From the sequence record MH791411.1: a DNA stretch of 64,000 nucleotides. The stretch is one strand, 5' to 3'. The DNA comes from Escherichia phage Ecwhy_1. Positions 57,525 to 64,000 of this stretch are shown here, piece by piece. The stretch's first letter is position 1. Each line of letters starts with the position of its first letter. The notes under the pieces are model-generated. The model was given only the letters and a program-made list of their open reading frames with translations. It did not search any database and was not told the DNA's origin. A program made the position numbers and the translations under genes.

Positions 57525-57866
57525 TTAGTACTCAACGATGTGTTCTTCATAACCATTAAACTCCGGTTTAGTTTCTTTCATTAGGACTACCATTTTATGT
57601 ACTAATGGCATAGGAAATTCTAAATCCCATACTAATGATTCTTGAAAGTATTCTTCTTCAGATAAAGTACTTAAATCTTTAATATCAACGTGCTTGTATA
57701 TTTTATTTTCGTAATTAAGAAATGATATATATAAATCATTAACATCAGAATCATAAGTAATTGTGAATGGCTTACCCTTGTAGTCCATTACATCTTTACA
57801 TAGACTGCATTTGATATATGTATGTTCTTCTGAACTGTATACATTGAGTTGTATATTAGTTTTCAT
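57525..57866 (-). CDS. family A paralog
   Basis: 113 aa; S-E-E-E-Y-F-Q-E-S-L-V-W-D. Confidence 0.55.
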   Translation of the reverse strand: MKTNIQLNVYSSEEHTYIKCSLCKDVMDYKGKPFTITYDSDVNDLYISFLNYENKIYKHVDIKDLSTLSEEEYFQESLVWDLEFPMPLVHKMVVLMKETKPEFNGYEEHIVEY

Positions 57867-58140
57867 ATTTCTCTTTATTAGCTTGTTTAGATTGTGTGGT
57901 TTTATAGTGAATTAAATCTATTAATGTAATCAAGTACAACGTCAAATAGTACTCTTGTTGATCTGTACCTAATGATACAAAGAACTTGTGCTCATAGATT
58001 AAAACCTGTTTCTCATAACAAGAACACTTAATCCTATGTATAGGTTTCAGTAAATGTGAGTACTTATTAAATCTCATACCCATTTCTATTTCAGATAGTA
58101 CTTTCATATTAAACATGTACTCCATTAGCTGTAGCATCAC
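57856..58140 (-). CDS. family B paralog
   Basis: 94 aa; S-L-G-T-D-Q-Q-E-Y-Y-L. Confidence 0.5.
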   Translation of the reverse strand: MMLQLMEYMFNMKVLSEIEMGMRFNKYSHLLKPIHRIKCSCYEKQVLIYEHKFFVSLGTDQQEYYLTLYLITLIDLIHYKTTQSKQANKEKYEN

Positions 58141-58330
58141 GTAAAGCTCTCAAATACTTCTGTACTGCTTGCTCTTGATGATCTGTACCTAAAAGTATAT
58201 ACATCCATAATTCACTGTAATGTACATCTTGTGTATAAGGGTTGTTGTAACTTTTTGATAATATAGCATCAAATTCAGATGCATGAACCCTTGCGAACTT
58301 AAGCATATCTTGTTGTGTTATGATTCTCAT
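58109..58330 (-). CDS. family B paralog
   Basis: 73 aa; L-G-T-D-H-Q-E-Q-A-V. Confidence 0.55.
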   Translation of the reverse strand: MRIITQQDMLKFARVHASEFDAILSKSYNNPYTQDVHYSELWMYILLGTDHQEQAVQKYLRALRDATANGVHV

Positions 58331-58542
58331 ATCTTTTCCTGTACTATCTGCATAAGAATCTCTATGTGTGAATTAACAGTTCTCTCTTGATGCTGTGTTC
58401 CTAAGAGTGTCAGTACTATCATATCTGAACGCAAAAGATTTTTTTCAAGTTCACTTATATCAGTTCTTGAATCAAGTGCCATATATTTGTGATTATTCTT
58501 CCTGAATAGTGCCAAGTACTCTTGATTTGATATTTCCTTCAT
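58327..58542 (-). CDS. family B paralog
   Basis: 71 aa; L-G-T-Q-H-Q-E-R-T-V. Confidence 0.55.
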   Translation of the reverse strand: MKEISNQEYLALFRKNNHKYMALDSRTDISELEKNLLRSDMIVLTLLGTQHQERTVNSHIEILMQIVQEKI

Positions 58543-58778
58543 AGTTTATCCCTGATGCCATTTAAAAGTGCTCTAATATGCTCCTGTACGAATTTGTACT
58601 GACTGTCTGTTCCTAGAGTGAGTAGTAATCTTAAATCTGAACTTTTGATATGATATTCTAAATCATTATTTGATTCTTGCATCAGTTTCTTAAAGGATGA
58701 GAAGTTTGCAGCCATTAGTTCAATGTATTCTGCTGTTCCTAGGGGTTTGTGTATTGGCTGTTTGTGCTGTCTGTGCAT
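58539..58778 (-). CDS. family B paralog
   Basis: 79 aa; L-G-T-D-S-Q-Y-K-F-V. Confidence 0.55.
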   Translation of the reverse strand: MHRQHKQPIHKPLGTAEYIELMAANFSSFKKLMQESNNDLEYHIKSSDLRLLLTLGTDSQYKFVQEHIRALLNGIRDKL

Positions 58779-58990
58779 TTTAATTTTATTACCCTTTTGA
58801 GTGTATTAATGTAATTATACACATTGGCTTCTTGATAGTTTGTTCCTAGAGTAGCTTGAACGTAGATTTCATTTAACTTAATAATTTTATCAGTATCTGG
58901 AAGTTTTGATGTGTTAATGGCAAATAACTTCGAAAACAGTCCATTTATGATTGTTAGGTATTCTTCGTCGGTAATGATTCGCATTTGCAT
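58739..58990 (-). CDS. family B paralog
   Basis: 83 aa; L-G-T-N-Y-Q-E-A-N-V. Confidence 0.55.
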   Translation of the reverse strand: MQMRIITDEEYLTIINGLFSKLFAINTSKLPDTDKIIKLNEIYVQATLGTNYQEANVYNYINTLKRVIKLKCTDSTNSQYTNP

Positions 58991-59196
58991 TGGATAAACC
59001 TTTTTAGTTCTTTGATGTAATCATTAATATTACATTCTTGATAGTTAGTCCCTAGGGTAGAATTAACATAGATTTCACTCATTAGAATATTTTTTTCTTC
59101 ATCAGGTAAATCTGTGGTCTTTGCTATATACAATTTTAGAATTAAACTACTTAATAGTTCGTGGTATTCACTTGGTGAAAGGATTTTCATTTGCAT
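58954..59196 (-). CDS. family B paralog
   Basis: 80 aa; L-G-T-N-Y-Q-E-C-N-I. Confidence 0.55.
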   Translation of the reverse strand: MQMKILSPSEYHELLSSLILKLYIAKTTDLPDEEKNILMSEIYVNSTLGTNYQECNINDYIKELKRFIQCKCESLPTKNT

Positions 59197-59402
59197 GTTC
59201 TCAGTACAGATTCTTTAAGTTCATCGATGTAGTCCTCAACGAATTGCTCTTGGAAGTTAGTTCCAACATATAAAAGAACTCTTAAATCTGCTCTAAGTAA
59301 CTCTTTTTCATCCTCATCTATATCAGACAATGTTATGTTTAAGAATTTACTTGTATTAAAGATTAACAATTCTGTTTGTTCACTGTGGCTTAAAATTTTC
59401 AT
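59187..59402 (-). CDS. family B paralog
   Basis: 71 aa; V-G-T-N-F-Q-E-Q-F-V. Confidence 0.55.
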   Translation of the reverse strand: MKILSHSEQTELLIFNTSKFLNITLSDIDEDEKELLRADLRVLLYVGTNFQEQFVEDYIDELKESVLRTCK

Positions 59403-59610
59403 AATCTCTTTTTGCTTTCCTCGACAGTAGGTACAAATACGATTCTTCGTATTGTGCTTGGAAGTTTGTGTTTAAGAGTCGAAACAACTTCTGTTCTGCT
59501 AGAACGAGTTGCTTATCTTCATAACAACGGTAGCGTATCAACTTTTTGTATTCGATGTTGATTACATCCATTACTATAAGCCCATGTTCATCATCTGTCA
59601 AGTGCTTCAT
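59380..59610 (-). CDS. family B paralog
   Basis: 76 aa; L-N-T-N-F-Q-A-Q-Y. Confidence 0.5.
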   Translation of the reverse strand: MKHLTDDEHGLIVMDVINIEYKKLIRYRCYEDKQLVLAEQKLFRLLNTNFQAQYEESYLYLLSRKAKRDYENFKPQ

Positions 59611-59848
59611 GCTTTTTTCTTTTCCTGATGTGTTTAGTTAAAAGGTATATTAGTTTTCTGATGTATTCTTCTTGATAGTTTGTTCCTAGGAGTGCCAGAA
59701 GTTTTGCTTCAACTAAAGCTAATTGACGTTCTTCAAATGTGTGTTCCAGTATGTACTTTGGGTTTGATTTTTTAGATATTGCACTATTAGTTTTCATTAC
59801 AATCTTATGATATTCATTAACTGTTAGGATTTTTAAATTCTTGAGCAT
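59591..59848 (-). CDS. family B paralog
   Basis: 85 aa; L-G-T-N-Y-Q-E-E-Y-I. Confidence 0.55.
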   Translation of the reverse strand: MLKNLKILTVNEYHKIVMKTNSAISKKSNPKYILEHTFEERQLALVEAKLLALLGTNYQEEYIRKLIYLLTKHIRKRKKHEALDR

Positions 59849-60074
59849 GTACCTTTTCCTTTATAGAGAATTTAAGATATCGAAGCATACTTTCAATGTA
59901 ATACTCTTGTCTGTCAGTGCCAAGAAAGTACATGAGTTGAATGTATAAAACTTCTGCACTCCTTTCGGCATGTGACTTGTTTGTGTCGTTTGGAAGTTGA
60001 TTTGTAAGTTTTCTGGATTTAATTAGTCGTTCTTTTAACTCATCGTCTGTTAAGTATTTCATTTCATTTTGCAT
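59817..60074 (-). CDS. family B paralog (MQNEM trio)
   Basis: 85 aa; F-L-G-T-D-R-Q-E-Y-Y-I. Confidence 0.55.
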   Translation of the reverse strand: MQNEMKYLTDDELKERLIKSRKLTNQLPNDTNKSHAERSAEVLYIQLMYFLGTDRQEYYIESMLRYLKFSIKEKVHAQEFKNPNS

Positions 60075-60294
60075 TTACTTTTTCCTTAATACTCATTACA
60101 AGATGTTCAATCATATTTTGAACCATAAATTCTTGTTTATCAGTTCCAAGAACGTATGGTAGCTTCTGAAACAATACATTCGCAGACATTTCATATATTG
60201 ATTGATTTGGAACGAACTTAAGAGTAATGTTATTGGCTTTTAACATCTTCTCTTGAAATTCTTCATTCGTTAAGTATATCATTTCACTTTGCAT
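60064..60294 (-). CDS. family B paralog (MQNEM trio)
   Basis: 76 aa; V-L-G-T-D-K-Q-E-F-M-V. Confidence 0.55.
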   Translation of the reverse strand: MQSEMIYLTNEEFQEKMLKANNITLKFVPNQSIYEMSANVLFQKLPYVLGTDKQEFMVQNMIEHLVMSIKEKVNAK

Positions 60295-60520
60295 TTACTT
60301 TTTCCATAATAGTAATTTTGAGATATTTAATTATACGTTCAATGTGATACTCTTGCCTATCAGTTCCAAGAATGTATGGTAATCTTTGGAATAAAACTTC
60401 TGCACTCCTTTCCGCTGGGGTTTGGTTTGGGTTGTGTGGAAGATATTTTGTAAGTTTTTTGGATTTATCTAGTCTTTCTGTTAACTCATCATGTGTTAAG
60501 TATATCATTTCATTTTGCAT
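60284..60520 (-). CDS. family B paralog (MQNEM trio)
   Basis: 78 aa; I-L-G-T-D-R-Q-E-Y-H-I. Confidence 0.55.
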   Translation of the reverse strand: MQNEMIYLTHDELTERLDKSKKLTKYLPHNPNQTPAERSAEVLFQRLPYILGTDRQEYHIERIIKYLKITIMEKVNAK

Positions 60521-60756
60521 TTAATGTTCCTTACGTAAATTGTCTGGATTAAACAATCAATCCAAGTTTGAATATATTGGTTTTGATACTGTGTGCCTAA
60601 GAGACTCTGCATTTTAAACTCTGCTTCAAGTTCATATCTCTTTTCTATAGAAAAGCTCAAATGACCATATTCTTTATCGTATCTTCTCAGTGCTTCCCCA
60701 ATTCTATCAAATCTTTCTGCTAATCTGATGTTATTCACAATATTCATCGCATTCAT
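60505..60756 (-). CDS. family B paralog
   Basis: 83 aa; L-G-T-Q-Y-Q-N-Q-Y-I. Confidence 0.55.
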   Translation of the reverse strand: MNAMNIVNNIRLAERFDRIGEALRRYDKEYGHLSFSIEKRYELEAEFKMQSLLGTQYQNQYIQTWIDCLIQTIYVRNIKCKMK

Positions 60757-61031
60757 CGATCAGTACACCTCAGTGGTTGGGTCATTTGATGAAAGTACAG
60801 CTTACCTCTGATTTCCAGTAGTAACTCAGCAATTAAGCGATTTACTTCTGGCTCTTGATAGTTTGTTCCTAAGAATACACCCATCTTTAACTCACGCATC
60901 ATAATCATTTTCTTACTGTGTTGAATTTCTGGGTTGTGATAGATTGTATTACGTTTGTGCGTAATTTTTGTCATACGCTCGGTATATTCATCTTTACTTA
61001 AATTGATCATTTGCATGTTCATCAACCTCAC
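60753..61031 (-). CDS. family B paralog
   Basis: 92 aa; L-G-T-N-Y-Q-E-P-E-V. Confidence 0.55.
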   Translation of the reverse strand: MRLMNMQMINLSKDEYTERMTKITHKRNTIYHNPEIQHSKKMIMMRELKMGVFLGTNYQEPEVNRLIAELLLEIRGKLYFHQMTQPLRCTDR

Positions 61032-61242
61032 ATTTATTTTCGATACAAATCATGAGTTCTCTAAGATAGTTTTTTACCTTACCTGCCTGATAGTTCGTCC
61101 CCAGGAAGTTGCATAACTCTGCTTCTATCATTTTGATTCTTCTGTTATCAGGTTTCAATTTTTTGTTATTGAAGATTTGAATCCTTATATCCCTTGATGC
61201 ATTTAAACGTTTTTGATATTCATGGAAAGATAAATTAATCAT
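60994..61242 (-). CDS. family B paralog
   Basis: 82 aa; L-G-T-N-Y-Q-A-G-K-V. Confidence 0.55.
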   Translation of the reverse strand: MINLSFHEYQKRLNASRDIRIQIFNNKKLKPDNRRIKMIEAELCNFLGTNYQAGKVKNYLRELMICIENKCEVDEHANDQFK

Positions 61243-61457
61243 TTACTTTGTATCTCTCTCTTGAGGGCATCAATTAACAACAGTACAGCATTCTCTTGAT
61301 AGTTTGTTCCTAAGACTGAAAGCATCTTAATCTCATTTACTACGATCAACTTCTTTGAGCGTTCAATAATGTTACTATTATAAACGGCGTTACGTGCTGG
61401 ATAAGTTTTTGCAAGACGTTCATAATATTCATCTTTACTTAAATTAATCATTTGCAT
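61239..61457 (-). CDS. family B paralog
   Basis: 72 aa; L-G-T-N-Y-Q-E-N-A-V. Confidence 0.55.
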   Translation of the reverse strand: MQMINLSKDEYYERLAKTYPARNAVYNSNIIERSKKLIVVNEIKMLSVLGTNYQENAVLLLIDALKREIQSK

Positions 61458-61666
61458 TTACTTTTGACCTCCTTGACTAATGCATCAACCCACATGTCTA
61501 TATACATTTGTTGATAGTTTGTCCCTATGAGTGCCCCTGCATAGAGTTCAGCTATCAATGCATGTTTTAGGTTGGCAGGGATGCTCTTATCAGATTGAAT
61601 CTTTACTCTTCTGTTGGCACATGTTTTCAGGAGTCTGATGTATTCAAAGCCTTGTAATTTTCTCAT
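61448..61666 (-). CDS. family B paralog
   Basis: 72 aa; I-G-T-N-Y-Q-Q-M-Y-I. Confidence 0.55.
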   Translation of the reverse strand: MRKLQGFEYIRLLKTCANRRVKIQSDKSIPANLKHALIAELYAGALIGTNYQQMYIDMWVDALVKEVKSKCK

Positions 61667-61878
61667 TCTTTTGATATCACCTTGTTACGTAAGGCACTTA
61701 ACAATACGTCAGTGTAGATGTTTTGATAGTTTGTTCCTACGAATACACCCAACTTCATTTCAGCTATTATAACACATTTGTCCTCTTGTGCAATAGACTT
61801 GTCTAAAGAAATACTAACAACTTTCCTTCTTATAGCTTGTAACCTCCAATGATACTGAAACTCATTTAGGGTTATCAT
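61663..61878 (-). CDS. family B paralog
   Basis: 71 aa; V-G-T-N-Y-Q-N-I-Y. Confidence 0.55.
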   Translation of the reverse strand: MITLNEFQYHWRLQAIRRKVVSISLDKSIAQEDKCVIIAEMKLGVFVGTNYQNIYTDVLLSALRNKVISKE

Positions 61879-62113
61879 TCTCTCGCCTCCATATCTCGGT
61901 TCTAATGTGTTGACATTGTGCTTCGATGAACATATCTATTGATTTGGCAATTGCTTTTTTATCAGTGCCTGTCATCAGTACAAGCATCTCGGCCTCACAG
62001 TGAAGTAAACGCATGATATCATAGGGTAATATTCCAGATACCGTGTCATAGTGTTTCTGTGCCAGTGTCTGTAATAGTTTACAATACATTTTGTGATTTA
62101 GTCTTTGTCGCAT
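61862..62113 (-). CDS. family B paralog (degenerate core)
   Basis: 83 aa; M-T-G-T-D-K-K-A-I. Confidence 0.45.
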   Translation of the reverse strand: MRQRLNHKMYCKLLQTLAQKHYDTVSGILPYDIMRLLHCEAEMLVLMTGTDKKAIAKSIDMFIEAQCQHIRTEIWRRENDNPK

Positions 62114-62370
62114 TGTCTATTCCATTCTTTTTTGGCCTTGATGGTTTTATATTGGATTTGGTTTCTTAATGCTGATAAGTATCGTTGAATGAACAGATCT
62201 TGATAGTTTGTTCCAATGAATTTCATAAGATAAAGTTCACCGTTGATAACATCCACTTCAGGTGCACCATATAAGGCATTGTTTTTTCTAAGGGCATGGA
62301 TTAAAGAGAATAGGGCAGTTTGATACTCAACTCCTGATAAAGTCTTCATGTTTTGTGAGCCAATAATCAT
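62098..62370 (-). CDS. family B paralog
   Basis: 90 aa; I-G-T-N-Y-Q-D-L-F-I. Confidence 0.55.
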   Translation of the reverse strand: MIIGSQNMKTLSGVEYQTALFSLIHALRKNNALYGAPEVDVINGELYLMKFIGTNYQDLFIQRYLSALRNQIQYKTIKAKKEWNRQCDKD

Positions 62371-62590
62371 CTAGTTTATCCTGTATAACATTCATTAATT
62401 GTTCGACATATTCTGTGCAAAACTTATCTTGATATTGAGTCCCCATAAAGTACAGCAACCATAGCTCATTAACTTTAGCTCGCATTTGGTTCCATGTAAG
62501 GCTGGGGTCATCGTAGACTATCCTTGCTATAGGGGTTAGTTTACGGACTATAGTTTCATATTCATCTAGTGTTAAGTGTTTCATTTGCAT
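62327..62590 (-). CDS. family B paralog
   Basis: 87 aa; M-G-T-Q-Y-Q-D-K-F. Confidence 0.55.
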   Translation of the reverse strand: MQMKHLTLDEYETIVRKLTPIARIVYDDPSLTWNQMRAKVNELWLLYFMGTQYQDKFCTEYVEQLMNVIQDKLDDYWLTKHEDFIRS

Positions 62591-62799
62591 TTGTCCCTTA
62601 TTAAATCAGTGAGGGCAACTATGTGTGCAACAACATACTCTTCCTGAAAGTTCGTCCCCAGTACAGCCATCATGCGTATATCGGTGGTGTTTATTCTGTG
62701 TTCCCTTACACATAAACCTTCTGTGTGAGGAAGTGTAAAATATTTGTTTATTGCAGCAACGATAATTTTATTCTTCTCGTAATTACTTAAATGTTTCAT
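62581..62799 (-). CDS. family B paralog
   Basis: 72 aa; L-G-T-N-F-Q-E-E-Y-V. Confidence 0.55.
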   Translation of the reverse strand: MKHLSNYEKNKIIVAAINKYFTLPHTEGLCVREHRINTTDIRMMAVLGTNFQEEYVVAHIVALTDLIRDKCK

Positions 62800-63008
62800 A
62801 GTTTGCTCTTAATGTATTTCTGGAGTGCAATTATATACTCATTCAAGAAGTGCTCCTGATAATCTGTGCCGAGGAATGCACCCAATAGTATATCATTTTC
62901 CAATACTAATGCTAAGTTTAAATCATCAGTCTCTTCATATACTATGAGAATTTCAAGTTGTCTGGCAGCGACGCGTTCGGTATATAGATTTGAGTTAATG
63001 CTATTCAT
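62796..63008 (-). CDS. family B paralog (near-identical pair)
   Basis: 70 aa; L-G-T-D-Y-Q-E-H-F-L; C-term Y-I-I-A-L-Q-K-Y-I-K-S-K-L. Confidence 0.55.
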   Translation of the reverse strand: MNSINSNLYTERVAARQLEILIVYEETDDLNLALVLENDILLGAFLGTDYQEHFLNEYIIALQKYIKSKL

Positions 63009-63217
63009 AGTTTACTCTTAATGTAATTCTGGAGTGCAATTAAGTATTCCCCTACATAATACACCTGAAAGTCTGTATCCAAAAATGCACCCATAAGTAA
63101 ATCTTTTTCTAATACCCTTGATAAGTTAAGGTCTGCATTTGAATTGTATATAATTAAGATTTTATTCTGGACAGAAACAAAACGTATCTTATATTCTTCT
63201 GGTGTTAAAAAAATCAT
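63005..63217 (-). CDS. family B paralog (near-identical pair)
   Basis: 70 aa; L-D-T-D-F-Q-V-Y-Y-V; C-term Y-L-I-A-L-Q-N-Y-I-K-S-K-L. Confidence 0.55.
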   Translation of the reverse strand: MIFLTPEEYKIRFVSVQNKILIIYNSNADLNLSRVLEKDLLMGAFLDTDFQVYYVGEYLIALQNYIKSKL

Positions 63218-63423
63218 AGTTTACTCTTAATATCTTCTATTAAAAAATGAATCCAATCATCAACATACTCTTCCTGATGGTTTGTGTTCAGTACAGCCAA
63301 CATGCGGATCTCTGCTCTTGCAACTTGGATTTCAGTTTTAGAAAGGTCTTTGCTGATATCAAACATTAAGTCCATGTATTTCAAGATAAGACCGAATGAT
63401 TGGGTTCGTGTTATAGTTTTCAT
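63214..63423 (-). CDS. family B paralog
   Basis: 69 aa; L-N-T-N-H-Q-E-E-Y-V. Confidence 0.55.
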   Translation of the reverse strand: MKTITRTQSFGLILKYMDLMFDISKDLSKTEIQVARAEIRMLAVLNTNHQEEYVDDWIHFLIEDIKSKL

Positions 63424-63620
63424 TGTTTCCTCGTGGACAATATTTCATTTTTCAATGCATCCATATATTGAATCACCCATCTTCCCTGATAGCTTGTACC
63501 CAATGTAATCAAAAGGTATAACTCAATTCGTTCTAAGTTTGTGTCTGTGTTATAAATCTTTACCATGTTTTTACGTAACAGTTCTTGATAATCTTCTTTA
63601 TTTAAAATACGCATTTTCAT
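63420..63620 (-). CDS. family B paralog
   Basis: 66 aa; L-G-T-S-Y-Q-G-R-W-V. Confidence 0.55.
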   Translation of the reverse strand: MKMRILNKEDYQELLRKNMVKIYNTDTNLERIELYLLITLGTSYQGRWVIQYMDALKNEILSTRKQ

Positions 63621-63814
63621 AGTCTACCTTTTATGTCCCTTCGTAATTCTTGTAAGTATAGTTCGATATACTTTTCTTGATAGTTAGTTCCTATGAAAAG
63701 TTTCATAACCAATTCACGCTTATATGCAATACCACGGATATGTGACATATGTAAGATATATGCCATGTTGGATATGAGTGTGTGGTTGTGCTCTTCTTGA
63801 GTTAAAATACGCAT
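63617..63814 (-). CDS. family B paralog (first gene of array)
   Basis: 65 aa; I-G-T-N-Y-Q-E-K-Y-I; GGAG RBS 7 nt before ATG at 63812-63814. Confidence 0.55.
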   Translation of the reverse strand: MRILTQEEHNHTLISNMAYILHMSHIRGIAYKRELVMKLFIGTNYQEKYIELYLQELRRDIKGRL

Positions 63815-63844
63815 AGGGACTCCATTAAAAATAATATCAATCCA

Positions 63845-63872
63845 ATAATATACGATTCATATAAAAAGTCAA
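63845..63872 (-). promoter_or_regulatory. sigma70-like promoter TTGACT-N16-TATTAT heading the family B array
   Basis: Revcomp of 63845-63872 = TTGACTttttatatgaatcgtaTATTAT, about 30 nt upstream of the first family B start. Confidence 0.45.
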
Positions 63873-64000
63873 TAACATTTTATAAGTAATACCCCTTTAT
63901 CGAAGTCGCTAAGGTTACCCGCCCTTTAGCCCCCTACGCATTTTGCCATAGTCCAATCCCTTTTTATTCATAAAAGTCAAGGGATTACCTATGCATTTTT

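Larger units (their letters stand above)
30142..57866 (-). repeat. tandem array of diverged paralogous genes, family A (FQ-motif family)
   Basis: About 45-50 consecutive minus-strand ORFs of 100-215 aa sharing a C-terminal core EE-x-[YF]-F-Q-x-S-x-V-[YWF]-D followed by hydrophobic helix. Confidence 0.7.
57856..63814 (-). repeat. tandem array of 27 consecutive small paralogous genes, family B (LGTNYQE-core family)
   Basis: Unit length about 200-280 bp; each unit one ORF; conserved nucleotide core YTTGATAGTTNGTYCCTA on plus strand (revcomp encodes G-T-N-Y-Q-E). Confidence 0.7.

Noticed and set aside
57856-63814. Possible CRISPR array, because of the regularly spaced conserved approximately 20-bp tract
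   Set aside because: Spacing is 200-280 bp, not 60-70 bp. The repeat sits inside protein-coding paralogs whose translations are conserved beyond the repeat. There are no short unique spacers or adjacent cas genes.
1-64000. Integrated prophage or mobile-element boundaries (integrase, att sites, transposase)
   Set aside because: No integrase, recombinase or transposase motifs and no host-like genes or flanking direct repeats. The window looks like an internal segment of a virulent-type phage genome.

Overview
The window reads as a contiguous block of a large, AT-rich (roughly one-third G+C by eye) virulent-phage-type genome. Essentially every credible gene is on the minus strand, tightly packed, often with ATGA/TAATG start-stop overlaps. 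Plus-strand ORFs in the track look like antisense shadows. Layout: (1) 0.2-25.4 kb holds recognisable enzymes among many small hypotheticals: an HslV-like peptidase, ClpP, a second Clp-superfamily peptidase with a signal-peptide-like N-terminus, dCMP deaminase, a metallophosphoesterase, an ATP-dependent DNA ligase, a lambda-type Ser/Thr phosphatase, a T4-type polynucleotide kinase/phosphatase, a T4 Rnl1-type RNA ligase, an HxGH nucleotidyltransferase and a phage Dam-type N6-adenine methyltransferase. (2) 25.4-26.1 kb is an ORF-free island that looks noticeably G+C-richer than its surroundings. (3) From about 30 kb to 57.9 kb the window is dominated by a tandem array of diverged paralogous genes (family A, about 45-50 members) sharing a C-terminal EE-x-[YF]-F-Q-x-S-x-V core. 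(4) 57.9-63.8 kb, plus a few interspersed copies, is a second array of about 32 small paralogs (family B) sharing an LGTNYQE-type core; it lies directly behind a sigma70-like promoter at the upstream end of the transcription direction. I do not recognise either family as a characterised domain. Together they fill roughly half of the window and are the most unusual content. The palindrome AGTACT also appears far more often than base composition predicts. All calls are from reading the sequence and ORF translations; no database search was run.
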